A DNA stretch of 64,000 nucleotides, from assembly GCF_018977255.1 (NCBI RefSeq), contig NW_024704743.1:53570001-53634000 (forward strand), read 5' to 3'. Position numbers and translations under genes: made by a program. The notes below the pieces were generated by a model that did not search any database, was not told the DNA's origin, and was given only the letters and a program-made list of their open reading frames with translations. Source of the stretch: Callorhinchus milii. Lineage: Eukaryota. Below, one piece after another: positions 1 through 44,269 of this stretch; position 1 is the first letter of the stretch; each line of letters begins with the position of its first letter.

Positions 1-137
1 GGGTTCCTACATACTGCCAGGTGAACAGAGGCGTGTGGAGTAAGGAAACTTACCCAATGTTTCACCCTGCCCGGGAATTAAACCCAGGTCCACTCGCTTG
101 CCAGACAAGTCCTCCAACCACTGAGCTACAGGACTCC
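1..137 (-). mobile_element. tRNA-headed SINE 5' part, running off the window start
   Basis: aaccactgagctacaggactcc is the reverse complement of the family head. Confidence 0.85.
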
Positions 138-1084
138 ACAAATGCGGCCATGATTTAAAAAATTATTTGGGTATACTTCTGCGTAGTTTAGAAATGCAAA
201 TATTCTCAGTCAACTTTGCATCAATAATAAAAAGTTGTTACACAATCTGTTGTTGAATCACATTCTTTTGTTCTACATGTTTTGTGCGATTATTCAATTC
301 TATTTGATCAAGTAGCAGGCACTCTGGAGCATGCACTCTGGAGTATTTAAATGAATAAATATACAGCATTCAGTGGTTGATTAATTTATCAGTCTATCCC
401 CAGTGTGTGGACCTTAAAGCAAGGAGTACAATTAATTAGTGCCTTTGTTCCTGCCATTTCTGGCTATTATTGAGTTAGAGATTAACAATTCAGTTTCTTT
501 ATGACCATGTCAATGTCTTGGATTTAGTATATAGTATGTAAACCTAGAAATGGTGTGCTTGATTATGGCACACTATATAGTTAGAATTTAAGTAGGTGAA
601 TATGAATTATTTTGATGCATTTTGATTAAACATTGGGTTACTTCACACCTCTCCTAGACATTACCTTACTCGAAGGGCGGTATATAAATGCAAGTTGTTG
701 TACTTAACCACTATTCATCACCACCAGCTTTCTTTGGTCTGAATAGTTTTTATTTTGCAAGATAATATTAAACATTCAATATTTAGAAGCCTTGGTCACA
801 GATGTTCGTCAGATGTATTCTTAAAACTGAGGTGCCCACTGAATAATTTAATGGAATAATTTATCATCATTGAATTATTTCTGAGTTACCATATTCAGAA
901 CATTTTGACCTCGCTCCCTTTAGTCCGTTACTAATCCACATCCATGGCATCCAATGGCATCTGTTGTAGAGAAATTTCTCATGCTTGACAAAGCCATTTT
1001 GTAAGATTAGGTACATTTTGTCCCATGATTTCTTGATTGGGATGTTACTTCCTCAAAATAAGTTGGAGGTTGATCAGTTCAGAT

Positions 1085-1650
1085 TTATCCCCTTCCAGAT
1101 GAAACTCCATATGTCGACAAGACATGCTCCCCTGCTCAGCACCTAACCTCAGATGCTGACAGCGTCCATCTGTGTGGATGCACACTCCATCTTGTGGAAA
1201 CGTTGTGGAACTTCGGAGTCTTGCTGGACTCCCAAATGTTCTTTAATTCCCACATCCGTACTCTGACCTGCTCAGCTTTCTGCCACTCCAAAACATTGTC
1301 CATCTTCACTACTATCTCTCCCGTCGAGCTGCCGAGACCCACAGGCATGCATTTATCATGTCCAGCTTGACTAAGCCGATACTCTGCTCACTGGACTCTC
1401 CAGATCTTCCCTACACGAACTGCGGACTATCTGGAATTCTGCACCGTGTGTCCTCTCCTACTCCAAGAGCCTATCAATTGTATCCTAGCTTGGCTTCATT
1501 GGCTCACCATACTCAGCAGATCGAGTTCAAGATTCTCTGTTCTCTCCACAATTTAACTCCCTCCACAGTCTTATCCTATCCTACCTCTGCGACCTCCTCA
1601 AGCTCCATTTACCCCTGTGCTGCCTTCGCTCAGCCCGCTTCATGTCCCAA
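1085..1650 (+). mobile_element. Old, degraded L2 fragment
   Basis: Remnant NFGVLLDS and IEFKIL segments similar to the other L2 copies. Confidence 0.6.
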
Positions 1651-4569
1651 GCCCTATTTGCCCACCATCAGTCTCTTGTCACCTTTCTTGAACATTGGAA
1701 CCATATTTACTTTTTCCCAGTCTGAGATCCCCAAAGGTTTGGCCATTTTCAATGGTTTAACAGGTCTGTTGTGCATTTCGAAACATCTTATACTAGATAC
1801 GCTAAAATACCTTCTGCTAGAAAGGAAAAAAACAGAATTCTGACTTCTGATTGATATCCAGAGACCTCTGCTGCAAACTGAATGTGTGTGGGTGTTTGAT
1901 GAGGATAGGATCAGGCTAAACAATGATGCCCCATGGTTTCAATAGTCTTTCAGTGATTACTGTTTCACTTCTCTCATGAAAAATTGCCATTTGTGCAAGT
2001 TACTGACTGATTCATGGCTGGCTTCTGTGGCACACTGCCAATATGTGAATCGTTGTTTTCAGGAAAGAAGAGAAGAAATTTGGAAAGTACAAATCCCAAA
2101 AAGTGATTTATGGAGAACATCTAGGTTAATACTATTAAATGTTTTCCTCACATTTCCTGATATTTGACAACAGGATTGGAATTTATTTTTTTCTTAGTCG
2201 TGATTTCTTCCCCTGCCCCAATAGTGTATTGATACCAGAATACTAAATGATCCTGGTAATAGGATATAAGGTCCAGGTTTGAATAAACTAAATTCCTCAT
2301 TTTTTTGTGCTTTATTGTTTTCTATAGTGTATTGTAGATTCCTGAGCTTTAGTATCATGACTGAAACAGGAATTTGTCAGCAATTTTCCCATTACTAAAG
2401 TTGGATGCAAAGAATTAAATTAACTAATTTTCCTTTTTGCTCGTTTTCTTGTTTCTTAAAGGACATTTCTCTGGTGTTTTTAGTTTTCTTTCTCAATTAT
2501 GATGGCTGCCTGCATTCTATGTGCATATTTAATATGACATTGGAGAATGAATTGTATCTATAAGTTAAAGTATTTTATTAAATTCTAAGAAAAATCTAGA
2601 ATTGGGTACTATCCTGTAGTGTACCTTTTCAGTTGGTAAAACTAAGGAAGCCCAGAATTCCATTGATATAGTGGTGCTTCCTTTTGCAAAATGAGGAGAC
2701 TGTACTTTTACTTGCTAAAAGTGGGAAGGATGATATTCTAATATACAAAATATTAATTTCAAAAACAATTTCATGTTTATAGCAACAAATATTTAATACC
2801 ATTTACCATTGTTTTACAGGTAAAAATGCATGTTCTATACATAGTGACACAAAGTATCTGCAACAAATGGATCAAACTGATTATACCTGCCTTTGCAAAA
2901 TGAAATCTTCGGAATTGTTGTGCGCAATCAGCAAAGGGATTTTGCTAAGAACAAGAAAATATTCTCAACATTCCAAGGTAATCGATCTATTGTTTGTCTC
3001 GCAGAATAATGTGGTAAAGCAGCAATATAATCTAGTTCATCTAACATCTTAAATTTGGAGTGGAAAGGGAAATGCAATATGTAGAGGGCCTCTTGGTTGG
3101 TAATGTGACTTTCAATAGTGTTTTATACAACTAAAATTTGCACTTTATTTTGGTCGGATACAACTATTCACATTGGAGGTCTTAACAATAAACCATCTGT
3201 GTTAGAGATCTTACCTATGGGTCAGTTATTTAATTTATTCTGCAATTATGCAGATACCAGAAAGCTCTTTTATCAGATATTAATAAAACATCTGAACTCA
3301 AGGGGGAGTATACCACTCTGTGTTATTCCTTTGAGCAAATTGTATTCTACAAATCCCTCGATGAGCCAAGAGCTGAGATGGTTGGCAGAAGGCTCACTTC
3401 AATGAAGCTGAATGATTTGGGTCCCTTGAGGGGTGAGGATAAGGAATCATGGTTGGTAATCTACTTGGTAATGACCAACATAAAAAGTATTTCCATGGGT
3501 ACATAATAGATTGAAGCAATCGGTGGTGGTGTAGTTGGGGTGGGGGNAGATTCCTAATAGACTTCTTTACAGAGGTCTATAAAAGGCTAAATGGATAAGG
3601 TGTGTAAATCCAGGACAATATTTTCAGATATGCCAAACCAGCAGAGTAAGATGTCACAGGTTAATGGTTGTGAAGAGCAGTTATAGGATTTATTTTACGT
3701 AGCAGGTAATCCATGTTTTAAGATTAAAAAGCTGCAGTATACACAAGGAAATATTATGCATACATTAAATATCTCCATAGTTGAAAAATATATTGTGACT
3801 TCATGCTCATCTTACCAGTAGCTCTGAATTATTGATTTGATTGAAAAGTTTCGATTCGGTAATTTTGTGAAGCTTTTTTTTTACAGATGATTTATTTTTA
3901 TAAAGTTGGAAAATGTGAAGTTTTCATTGTTAATTTTGATCCACTGCAGATCTGTATTAGGAATGCCTTTGAAGCTTCATGATTGTCTCATTAAGCTCTT
4001 TGATATTTGCTCAATCCTCCATTCACTTGAGCATAAAAAGGATTATGTATTCTTTTATGGAATTAAAGCTAACAGGAAAAAAGTGCAAGAAAAAAAATCA
4101 GTGATTTTAGACAGCACCACAATAGATTTTTGGAAATTCTAATTTACAGAATTGATTATGTTGGGGATGGGAACATAATATAAATTTACAGTTTTATAGC
4201 AACTTTCACACTAGTAGTCTTCTCAAAGCACTTGACACTGATGGCTGTGGGTGGGAGCCTAGGCGGGTAGGAAGGGGAAAGATGACTGAAGGCGAAGTCA
4301 AACAGGTATGTCTTGAAACTTGAATTAGGTGAGGAAGTGGAAAAGTCAGGAGGGATTCCCAAGATGAGTTTCCAGAGAGCAGGGGCAGAATGGCTGAAAA
4401 ACCATCAGTCCATGGTGGGTGGGGATAGGGCGGGGAACTTGAAGCAGACTGCACTTGCTGGACGAAAGGAGTGGTTGGGTTGTTAGGGCAATGCTTCAAA
4501 ATTATATATAGTTTTTAAATTAATGAAGCCAAAAGATTAACCAGTACTGTTTTTCTTAAATTAGATCCT

Positions 4570-5870
4570 CAGTTTAATATTGATGACCACTTCATTCTCC
4601 TCCCCAGTCCATTACCAAAGCACCATTACTGCAATTTGTGATTCTATTTCTACTTGTTCCAACTCCTTCACTCAGACTCCAGTGACTTCTCGATCCATGT
4701 CTACACAGTGATCTCTGGCTCTCTTGTTAGTCTTTTCCTATTTTTTTTCTTTATACCAATCACGGTCTATTTTGGGATTACTTAATAATAATAATCCTTG
4801 CATTTGATAGCTCCTTATCACGTCGTTGAGATGTGTCAAAGTGCTTCATAGAATATACTATAAAGTGATGGACTCTATATTTTATGTATGCTGGTTACGT
4901 CCAATTTTGCTATTGTCTTTGATTTCAGAGCTGCTGCTGTTCTGACAGACTGCCTATCTGAAGCCAAGTCCTGGATGAGCCATAACTTTACTGCAGCTGA
5001 ACATCAAGCCTGACCCATCTTGTTTGGTTCTTGCCAGTATCTATTCATCTTTGGCACTGATTCTATCCCTGATTGCTCAATCAGACTGAACCAAGTGGTG
5101 CGTAACCATAACATTCTGTTTGACCCTGAGATGAGTTTCAAACTACATTTCCGAAATGTTGCTTTTACTTCATCTGACACAATCACAAGGTTGTTTTGGA
5201 TGAAAAAGGCCCTTCGGCTTATCTTTTCTCATCTCTCAAAAATATCCTCCCTATTGTACTTGCATCACAGCATCAAGTCCTAAACAAGTCTAGGATCTCC
5301 ATTGCTGTAAGAACCTCAATCCGTGCCTCAATCACCTGAAGTGTCGATCTTTTTTTCCCTTTCAATTGTTTTCACTAGCCTCCCTAGCTCTATTTTACAC
5401 AAACGTCAACCAACCCTGATTGTTGGGTGCTTTGTGTACTATTAGTTGTCTGTAGTAGCAGTATTAATTGTTAGCATGTGCCCTGCATTCCCTTGCATGC
5501 AACTCGCAAAAAAACGGAAGTGTACCGCTCTTCCAGTATACTGCAGGTTCACAGAGCAACCAGCCTGAAGTCTTTCCTCCATGGCTTCAGACTGCCATGA
5601 CTGCATCTGCGCTAAGCTCCATTGATGTCCAGTCAATCGTACCCTGATCTATTGCTTGCTCCCCACTCCCATCTGTCGACCATTAGTGGCTAGTCTTCAT
5701 TGACCACACCTTTCTTTCTGGGAGCCTGTTTCAAAACTGCTCTTTGACAATGCGTAAATCAACATTTTGCATCTCTTATTTCCCTTAGTGTTAACATTTG
5801 CTAACATTTCTTAGTTCCTAAATAGTTTCAGACTTTCTTTTATGTGAAGGAGCTATATAAATGCAAATCA
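4570..5870 (+). mobile_element. Old, degraded L2 fragments, interrupted by a SINE tail at about 4785-4870
   Basis: Remnant DCLSEAKSWMSHNLLQLN and VRNHNILFDPEMSF; ends gtgaaggagctatataaatgcaa. Confidence 0.7.
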
Positions 5871-6279
5871 TCTCTTTTCTTCCCTCAGCTGCAACAAGAT
5901 TACATTAATATGCCAAGAGAATTATAAGTAAATTGCCACATTTAGGAACATCATATTCAATATTTGCTTCTAGGTTAATACAGTTTGACCATGTTTATAA
6001 CAGTTTGAGTCAATAAAAAGAGATGCAATGTTCTAAAGGGCAAAGCTGTAAGAATGACCATGGGTCAGCATTCCAGATCAGTAGGTCGTAAAAGACTTAA
6101 CCAATGGCCCCACCAATCCACACTGTGTTTATGTAGGAAGCCAGCAACTGCTCTCACAAGATGTTTCCAGTGGATGCTGGAAATCGGGCTCCCTGTTTGC
6201 TATGTGTTGAAAGCTGGATGTGTACCACTCTTCCAGTAGACCTTTAGTATACCAATGTGTCCATGAAGGGGTTTGACAT

Positions 6280-6450
6280 AACATAACTTAACATGTAGGA
6301 GCAGGAGTAGGCCATTCGGCCCTTCGAGCCTGCCCTGCCATTCAATCATGGCTGATCTTCTAATTTAACTCCAGCTAATAACCTGACCCTGCCTTATCCC
6401 CATATCCCTTAATCCCTTTTGCAATAAGAAATCTTATCTATCTCAGTCTT
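6280..6450 (-). mobile_element. CR1-type 3' tail fragment
   Basis: taggagcaggagtaggccattcggcccttcgagcctg; similar copy at about 20750-20880. Confidence 0.65.
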
Positions 6451-7050
6451 GACAATAGTGTATTTTCATGTGCTCATGGACAGTAATTGTAGATAAGATT
6501 TGAGTTCTACATTATTTCATTTGGGGGTTTAAGGTATTTTCCATGGACTTGTAAACAAATAATTCCCTTAATTTTCAGAATTGCTTAGTTTAAAAAACAA
6601 GGCATTAGGTATGATTATTGATTTTGAAAGTATTGTGGGAATGATAAAAAACTGTTGGATATTTTTTCTCTGTGAGATGGATGACTTGTCCGCTGAAGCA
6701 GTATTCACATTTCCACCTTTAAGGTCTGATAAATGAATTCCTGGAATGGTTTCTTATATCTAGTAGCTTACTTTGTTCTTGGGAATCCTTCTGGTTTTCA
6801 AAGCAAGCATGGTGTTATTGTTATTTCATAGATTTCTATTTTTTACAGTTTGTTCATTTATATTCCGAGAGCATAGAATTTTTTTTATCCCAAACCATTA
6901 TTTTTAAAATTAAAGATCAATTTAAAATTAAGTTAAAATTAGAACTAAAGGTTGATGGAATTTATCTGAATTGCAAATCATGTGAATTTTAATATTTTTC
7001 TTATTTCCTGTTTACAAGGTTGAATCAAGCACCTCAACAGATGTAGAAAG

Positions 7051-36653
<29,603 letters not shown>

Positions 36654-38230
36654 CATTCAAACATGATCTATAACGAACTGTTTGCAGTATTTTTTGTATA
36701 ATTTTGATGTATTTTGTCAAACAAGATTGCATTGTGAACATGCTTCTAGTTTTAGAATTTAGTCCCATGCCTATATTTACAAAAACTCATGTTGGTTGAA
36801 CAAACATTAACGGAGTAAAGTATTGCTAGATTTGCACCAACCATAGGTTGGGAAGGAGATAAATGTAACCTATTTGCTAATCGTAAACCATATTCATCCA
36901 AAGCCTGACTATGTTTACTACCAACAATATATGGATTTAATGCCCTCTATACAGTAAACTATTAGGGGAAAAAAACATTAATATGCATCTTCACTGTTTC
37001 ATAATTCCTTAAGTTTTTAAATGTATACATTTTCCTGTCTTTAAAAATATGAATTGCTATACTCCAATAACTCACCTAGTTTCTTACCTAAAGAAACAGC
37101 CTTGTATAATTCCTTTTCTATAAGTTGTGTGATCTGTAACTTGTTTGATTGAGAACTTGTATGCATTGTGTTGATTATTTCTGCCACATTCAAAATAGGC
37201 GAATTTTATTCAACGGTTTCAAGCAAAAAAATCATTTTGTGAACAGTGTAAAATCTGTAAGCTCAAGGCAATTATGCCAATATAGCTATAATCATTGGAA
37301 CTCTACTTGACTAAGCATCTTGTAGTTTAGAATCACTCATCCTGTTGGATATATATCTTAATGGTCACTTCTCTAGTCATTTTTCAACACAGATGTAAAT
37401 ACAAATTTGTATCTAACAGTTTTTATGCAATGGCTAATGTGAGAGGTAGATCACATGTAATGTTAACATACTAGCTACAACCATTCTAAGTAAGTGTAAC
37501 TGGTACGGTTATTACAAAGATCAGTTTCCGTTTGAGCTTTCACTTCAGCACTTTGTACAGAAATACTTGTTTTTTCTGCCATTTATAGAATGTTAAACTT
37601 ATTTGTACTAAATTACTGTGTTCCTGATTTAGAGTTTAGAAACTATTGCATGGCTAAGATGTGTTCATATTATGTTGTTGGAAGAAGTCTAATTAGAATA
37701 CAATATTTTAGTACATAAAACTTGTGTACTCATTAATTTCCTTTATGCGTATTGTTTCACATAGGCTACAGTACTGAAACAGGTCATTCGGCCAATTACT
37801 TGTGTGTTTTTTATATTCTCGTAACAAATCCCATGCCTTAGTCTCCTCCTATACTCGTCTATGCCCTTCTCCCCCATGTCCGTTTTATGTAAAAGGAAAA
37901 AAGAGCTGGATTTTTAAAATCCCTCTTTCTCAGTGATAAATTCTGCAAGGAACACAATAGTTATTGGAAGGGCAAAGGTAGCCACCCATTAAAGTGATGT
38001 AATTTAAATTGTGTGAAGCATTCTGACATAGCAAGTTGCATTTGTACATTGTAATATAATTCTCAATTCTGTTTTAAACTACCGGTGTTAGTTTCCCAGC
38101 CACAAGCACATCCACACAAAATTGCAGCGACACACATTTGTGCCACAATCTTGGCAGTGAATTGACACCAAATATGCAGTATAAATGTGGGTTAAGCCAT
38201 TGTGAATTGTAGTGGTCTTGCTTCTGAAGG

Positions 38231-39443
38231 ATAGAATCATACAGCACAGGAGACCATTCGACCCATCGTGTCTGTAGCGGCTCTTTGAAAAGAGCTATCC
38301 AATTCAATCCCACTCCCCCGTTCTCTCCCCATAGCCATGCAAACTTGTTCTCCCCAAATAATTATCTACTCTCTCAAAAGCTGTTATTGAATTGGCTTCC
38401 ACCACCCTTTCAGGCAATGTATTCCAGATCCGAGCAACTCGCTGTATGAAAAAATGTCTCCTCACCTCCCCTCTGTTTCTTTCAATAACTATTTTAAATC
38501 AGTTTCCTTGGGTTACCGTCCCACCCGCCAGTGGAAATAGTTTCTCCTTGTTCATCCTATCGAATCACCTCACAATTTTGAAAACTTCCATTAAGTCTCC
38601 TCTTAACCTTCTCTGCTCCAAGGAGACTAATCCAAGCTTCTCTAGCCTCTCCTGATAACTGAAGTCCCTCATTCCTGGTACTACCCTAGTATTTCTCCTT
38701 TGCACCCTCTCCAATGCCTTGACATCCTTCCTAAAGTGTGATGCTCAGAACTGAACACAGTCTCTAGCTGAGGTCTACCCAGTGTTTTATAAAGGTTCAT
38801 CATAACTTCCTGACTTTGTATTCTATGCCCCTATTTATAAAGCCTAGTATCTCGTGTGCTTTTTTAACAGCTTTATCTACCGATCCCGCCACCTTCAAAG
38901 ATTTACTTATATGAACCCCCAGGTCTCTGTTCCTTCACCCCCATTAAGATTGTACCATTTAGTTTATATTGCCTCTCCTCATTCTTCCTCCCAAAATGCA
39001 TCAAGTTGCATTTCTCCACATTTAACTTCATCTGCCACATGTCTGCCTTTTTACCAGTCTGTCTATGTCCATTTGCAGTCTGCTACTATTCTCCTCACTG
39101 TTTACTACTTTTCCTAGCTTAGTATCATCTGCAAACTTGGAAATTGTACTCCCATTGTACAAGTTCAGTTCATTTATATAGATCAAAAACAGCAGTGGTT
39201 CCAATACTGATCCCTGAGGGACACTTCTACACACTTCCCTCCAGTCAGAAAAACAACTGTTTACCACCACTCTGCTTTCTGTCTCCCAGCCAGTTCTGTA
39301 TCTATGCTGCCACTCCTTTTAATACCGTGGGCTTCTATTTTGCTTACAAGCCTCTTATGTGCACTTTATCACGTCTTTTGAAAATCCATATAAACTACAT
39401 CAACTGCGCTACTTCATCCACCCTCTCCGTTACTTCATCAAAA
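38231..39443 (-). mobile_element. CR1 LINE 3' portion
   Basis: SVPQGSVLEPLLFLIYIN...[11 protein letters not shown] on the minus strand; CR1 tail at 38231. Confidence 0.95.
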
Positions 39444-40757
39444 AGGTTGCAGCAGCATTGTGAGTTGTACCCACTGCAAAGTAATTGAGACAGGTTTGAA
39501 TCAAATTGGGTTCAATCTTCTGTGCTCTTGAAAAATGTGTGGTTCATTTGATCATGCAACTGGCTTTACAATAATAAAAGATAGACACAAAATGTTGATG
39601 TTTTAGGCATGCATGTACAAAACTCCAAAATCAGTACTGCCCCAATGGGATGCAGAACAGGAAATATAAGTGGGATTTTCTTGTTCCACACCACTACTCA
39701 CTAGTGGTTAAACAATGTTTCTAATGTGCATATAATTTGTTTGATAACATTTGAACAGATTTGAAAAAAGAATGACATTCCTGTTTAATAATCAATTTAT
39801 ACAGTTCTGATCTGTATGTATTTTACATATTAATATACTAATTTAAACAGTTTTGATAGTTATCCAAACATTCTATGTGTTTCATGCTTCTGATCTTTTA
39901 GGTGAAGATGTCTCACATGCACTTTTATTAACTCAGACTCATTCCTTAGAGGTTGATACAAAAGTTCTAGAAAGCCAGATAAAGAGAATAATGTGCAGTC
40001 AACAAATAAATTGAACAACTCTGGATAAAATATGATGTAACTTTAATATTCCACAACCCTGCAAGTTTTTTATTGTAATCTGTGAAGGGCCACATTGCTT
40101 TTCATATATGCATTCTTTAAGTACATAGGACATTTTAATTTGAGATAACTAATGGGTACTTTTTTTGTGTTTTTTTTCAAATACATGGATACCCGTCTGC
40201 TGCTCTGACTGCCAATTCTATATTTGGTTATACGTATCTTGACTAGAAATAAAAGAGAAAAAGCAAACTTATGTACAATATTGGTTTAAGAGTAACAAAC
40301 TTTATGGAGAAATTAAATAAGATTTATTGAATTAGAAGCATAATCTTCATCTTGATTGTACTGTAACTTAATTTGCATTTATTGTTCATGATTTAACTAA
40401 TTCGATTATTGTGAACTAGTTTTGTCCTTTTAAAACCATGGATGATTTGGGAGTAATACAAAGTAATAACTTTATTACAGAAAGCTTAAAACTATTTTTT
40501 AAAATCAAGACATGCATCATTATTCTGCTTATTTCCTACCAACTTCGGAATAAGCTGTTGACCAGTTTACATTTGATAAGACATGTGAAAGGGTTGAAAT
40601 TTTGAAATATAATTTAATTACACCTATTTACTGTATGCACAAGTTTTATAAATTGTAAGGAGATCTAAAAAGTCAATCGCTGAAGTTGAGCTATGCTGCT
40701 TCCAAAAAACTCCCAACTTTTTTGTTATACGTTCCAACCATGCACTTTAAATTATAT

Positions 40758-41072
40758 TAATAATAATAATCCTTGCATTTGATATAGCTCTTTTCACATC
40801 TTCTAGAAGACTCAAAACGCTTCACAGAATATGCTGTAAAGTGAATTAACTGTATATTTGTGGGTGAAACGCAGCAGCCAATTGCGCACAGCAGTGTCAC
40901 ACAAACAGTCGTGGATTGAAATTGACCAATTTATTATTGTTTTGTTTTTTGGAGGGATTATTATTAGGTGTGTGGAGTAAGGAAACTTGCCCAAGGTTTC
41001 GCTCTGCCTGGAATTGAACACAGGTGTTTCGCTTGAAAGGCGAGTGCTCTAACCACTGAGCTACAGGACTCC
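40758..41072 (-). mobile_element. tRNA-headed SINE, near full length
   Basis: Reverse complement GGAGTCCTGTAGCTCAGTGGTTAGAGCAC (A box), GTTCAATTCC (B box), tail CAAATGCAAGGATTATTATT. Confidence 0.9.
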
Positions 41073-41632
41073 AAATTTAGTTACCAATTATCATCCACAC
41101 AATTAATGGACAACATAAAAATATTCAATTGGTGGACTGATTTTATCACATTGTGAAATGAAACCACTTGAAAGCTCTTCTGATATGCAATTGTTTATAA
41201 TTGGTATAATTTAGATCCTAAGGTTCGTAGTTTTCACATTAAAAAAAAACATTGGTATATTGACCTTTATTTCAAAATATTTTGTACAGAGGACACTTGA
41301 ATGCTACAATTTTTGTCTGCATAATTTATAGGTTAATTTTAAATAGAAAGTCTCACAGTCGGAGCTCTTCTTTGAAAGGAATTAATTGACTGCTTTTTGC
41401 TCTGACACTGTCAATTTGTGATTTTCTGCAGTTAAGTTAGTCCTGATGGATTTTTGTAAAATGACTAAAACATATGTTATGTTTAACTAAACCAGCATGA
41501 GCCAATTTAGAAATGTATCAATTACCAATAATATAACGGAGCTAATAATTTATGGTGACTAAATGTCAAACCTCTTCCATTACTTGGGTTCTTGACTGGA
41601 TCACTTTCTGTCAGTATTCTCTCAGTATAACA

Positions 41633-42018
41633 GTTGGCCCATCGTGTCTGTGCCGGTTGTTTGAAAAGAGCTATCCAATTCAATCCCACTCCCCCGTTCT
41701 CTCCCCATAGCCCTGCAAGCTTGTCCTCCCAAAAATTATCTACTTCTCTCTTAAAAGCTGTTATCGAATCGGCTTCCACCACCCTTTCAAGCAATGTATT
41801 CCCGATCCGAACAACTCGATGTATGAAAACATTTCTCCTCACCTCCACTCTGTTTCTTTTAATAACTATTTAAATCGGTACCCTTGGGTTACCGTCCCAC
41901 CCGCCAGTGGAAATAGTTTCTCCTTGTTCATCCTATCGAATCACCTCACAATTTTGAAAACTTCTATTAAGTCTCCTCTTAACCTTCTCTGCTCCAAGGA
42001 GAATTCTCTGCTCCAAGG
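41633..42018 (-). mobile_element. CR1 LINE 3' fragment, near-identical to 38255-38625
   Basis: Direct sequence comparison by eye; RRNVFIHRVVRIGNTL. Confidence 0.92.
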
Positions 42019-42366
42019 AAATTACTTCTAACAAGCTATTTTTCTAAACATAGCTGGCTCCAAGGTGATGTGCCTGGCATTGAAATGTTGGAGTTGATTT
42101 TGGCAGCCTTGGTAGTCTGGTTCCTGTGCCAGGTGGGTCCACAGTACTCCATGGCACAACTGGTGACTGACTGATCAAGTGGTTAAAGCGCAAAACATTT
42201 CCAATTAACTGATTCTCAATTAATGTGGACAGAAGTCTAAAAGAAAACCTAGTATCTCTTCTGTGTGGAGGCTCTGTTTTCCTTCTGAGACTAAAATTTG
42301 CAAATGCACTTTAAAAAAACTATATACAGTATATTAAAATATTACAGTTGAAGCTTTAGCATCCAA

Positions 42367-43161
42367 GGCTGCACTCTCCACCTCTCAAAGCCGGTCAGGA
42401 ACCTCGGCGTTCTGTTCGATCCTGAGCTGTCCTTTCTTCCTCATATCCGCGACACAACTGATACCGCCTTCCATCACCTCCGGAACATCGCCAGACTACG
42501 GCACTACCTCACCCCTCACGCTGCTGAAACCCTGGTCCACGCCTTTATCACCTCAAGGCTGGACTATGGGAACTCTCTCCTCGCCGGCCTTCCCGCCACC
42601 TCCCTCCACAAGCTGCAGGTCATTCAGAACTCTGCAGCTCGTGTACTGTCCCGCACCAGACACCGCGACCACATCACTCCCACCCTCGCTCGCCTCCACT
42701 GGCTCCCCATCCCCCAGAGGATCGAATTCAAGATCCTCACCCTCATCTACAAGGCCATTCACGGCCTCGCTCCCTCCTACCTCTCTGACCTACTATCCCC
42801 CTACCTACCTGCCCGTACCCTCCATTCCTCTGGCTCTGGTCTGCTCCACATCCCCCGCACTAACGCCCTACCATCGGTGGCCGGGCTTCCAGCCTCTCAG
42901 CCCCTAGGCTCTGGAACTCTATCCCCAGTGCCTTCGCCGCTTCCTCCCTTTCCTCCTTCAAGGCCGGTCTCAAAACCTTTCTCTTCAACCGTGCCTTCAG
43001 CTCCCCTCTCGACTCTCTAACCCATCCTCGCTCCCTCCCTTCCCTCCCCTCACCCTGACCATTTCCCCCTTGCTCGGGTCCTGACCCAACTGTCCAGCGC
43101 CTTGGGACATCCTCCCGATGTGAAAGGCGCTCTATAAATGAAATCTTGTTGTTGTTGTTGT
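42367..43161 (+). mobile_element. L2 LINE 3' end with (TGT)n tail, relatively young
   Basis: ORF2 C-terminus (NLGVLFD, LRNIARLR, LHWLP) then GGCGCTCTATAAATGAAATC(TTG)n. Confidence 0.92.
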
Positions 43162-43309
43162 TTAGTTTTCGAGGTTACTTGTGTGAACATTCTTAAAATC
43201 TGTATCAACGCCAACCTATAGTCACACATTTTTATGCAGCACAACATATTGATGCACTCAGTAAATATAGCCCCAATATTTCCTAATCACAAACTATCTG
43301 AATTCTGTC

Positions 43310-44005
43310 ATCATCCTCTCTGCCTTTCCCCACCTCCCCAACATCACCCTGCTCCGCCACTGTCTCACATCACAGGTCGCCGAAACCCTTCAACGCTTTC
43401 ATTACATCGAGGCTTGAATATGCAAACTCCCTGCTTGACGGCCTCCCCAACTCCACCCTCTGTAGGTTGCAGATCATCCAGAACTCTGCAGCCTGTGTGC
43501 TCTCCCACACCAGACTCCACGACCCTAAAACCTCCATCCTCGCCCAACTCCACTGGCTTCCCATCACACAGGATACGGTTCAAGATACGGGTCCTCACCT
43601 TCAAAGCCCTCCATGGTCTTGATCTCCTTTACCTCTGTGATCACCTAACCCCCTACCATCCTACCCACTCCTTCCACTTAGCGGGTCCATTCTGCTTCAC
43701 TTCCCCCGCCTCGCCCACCCCACCATTGATTGGTGGGCGGGCTTTCTGCCACTCTATCCCTGTCCTTTAGAACCCCATTACGCAATCCCTTTGCCTTTTC
43801 CCCTCCCTTGCCTCCTTCAAGACCCATCTCGAGACCCTCCTCTTTGCCTGCGCTTTCGATCTCCTGCTTACCCCACCACCCTCCACCCTCCCCAATCCTG
43901 ACCCCCAGCTCGGGTCCAAAACACTGACTGTCCAGTACCTTGGGACGTCCTCCCAACATGAAAGGCGCTATACAAATGTAATTTTGTTGTTGTTGAGGTT
44001 GTTGT
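43310..44005 (+). mobile_element. L2 LINE 3' end, second tandem copy
   Basis: RIRFKIRVLTFKALHGL; tail GGCGCTATACAAATGTAATTTTGTTGTTGTTG. Confidence 0.9.
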
Positions 44006-44269
44006 ATTTTGGGTTTATCCATTGCTTTTTGTTTTATTTGGGGTTATTTTGCATTTGCGAAAAACATGGGACTCTAGTTCAAGCCCCATTTTAGGCCTTT
44101 TAACACACAGTCCAGACTAACAGTCCAATACAGTGCTGGGTCTGTGCTGCATTCCATGAGATGAGGAATGCCGTCCATCGGATGAGACATCAAACTGAGG
44201 TCCCGTCTGTTTGTTCAGGTGGATGTTAAAGATCCCATGGCACTCTTTGAAAAAAGAAGGAAGCATGTG

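Noticed and set aside
1..7018. HYCC1 promoter or non-coding first exon
   Set aside because: No CpG island or convincing exon here; probably upstream of the window
36654..37760. HYCC1 poly(A) site
   Set aside because: AT-rich, UTR-like sequence, but no clear canonical signal to place the end; needs 3'-end data
40990..41072. tRNA gene (also at 1-137, 30168 and 57309)
   Set aside because: A/B boxes continue into a shared SINE body and tail, and the copies are diverged, so these are SINE heads
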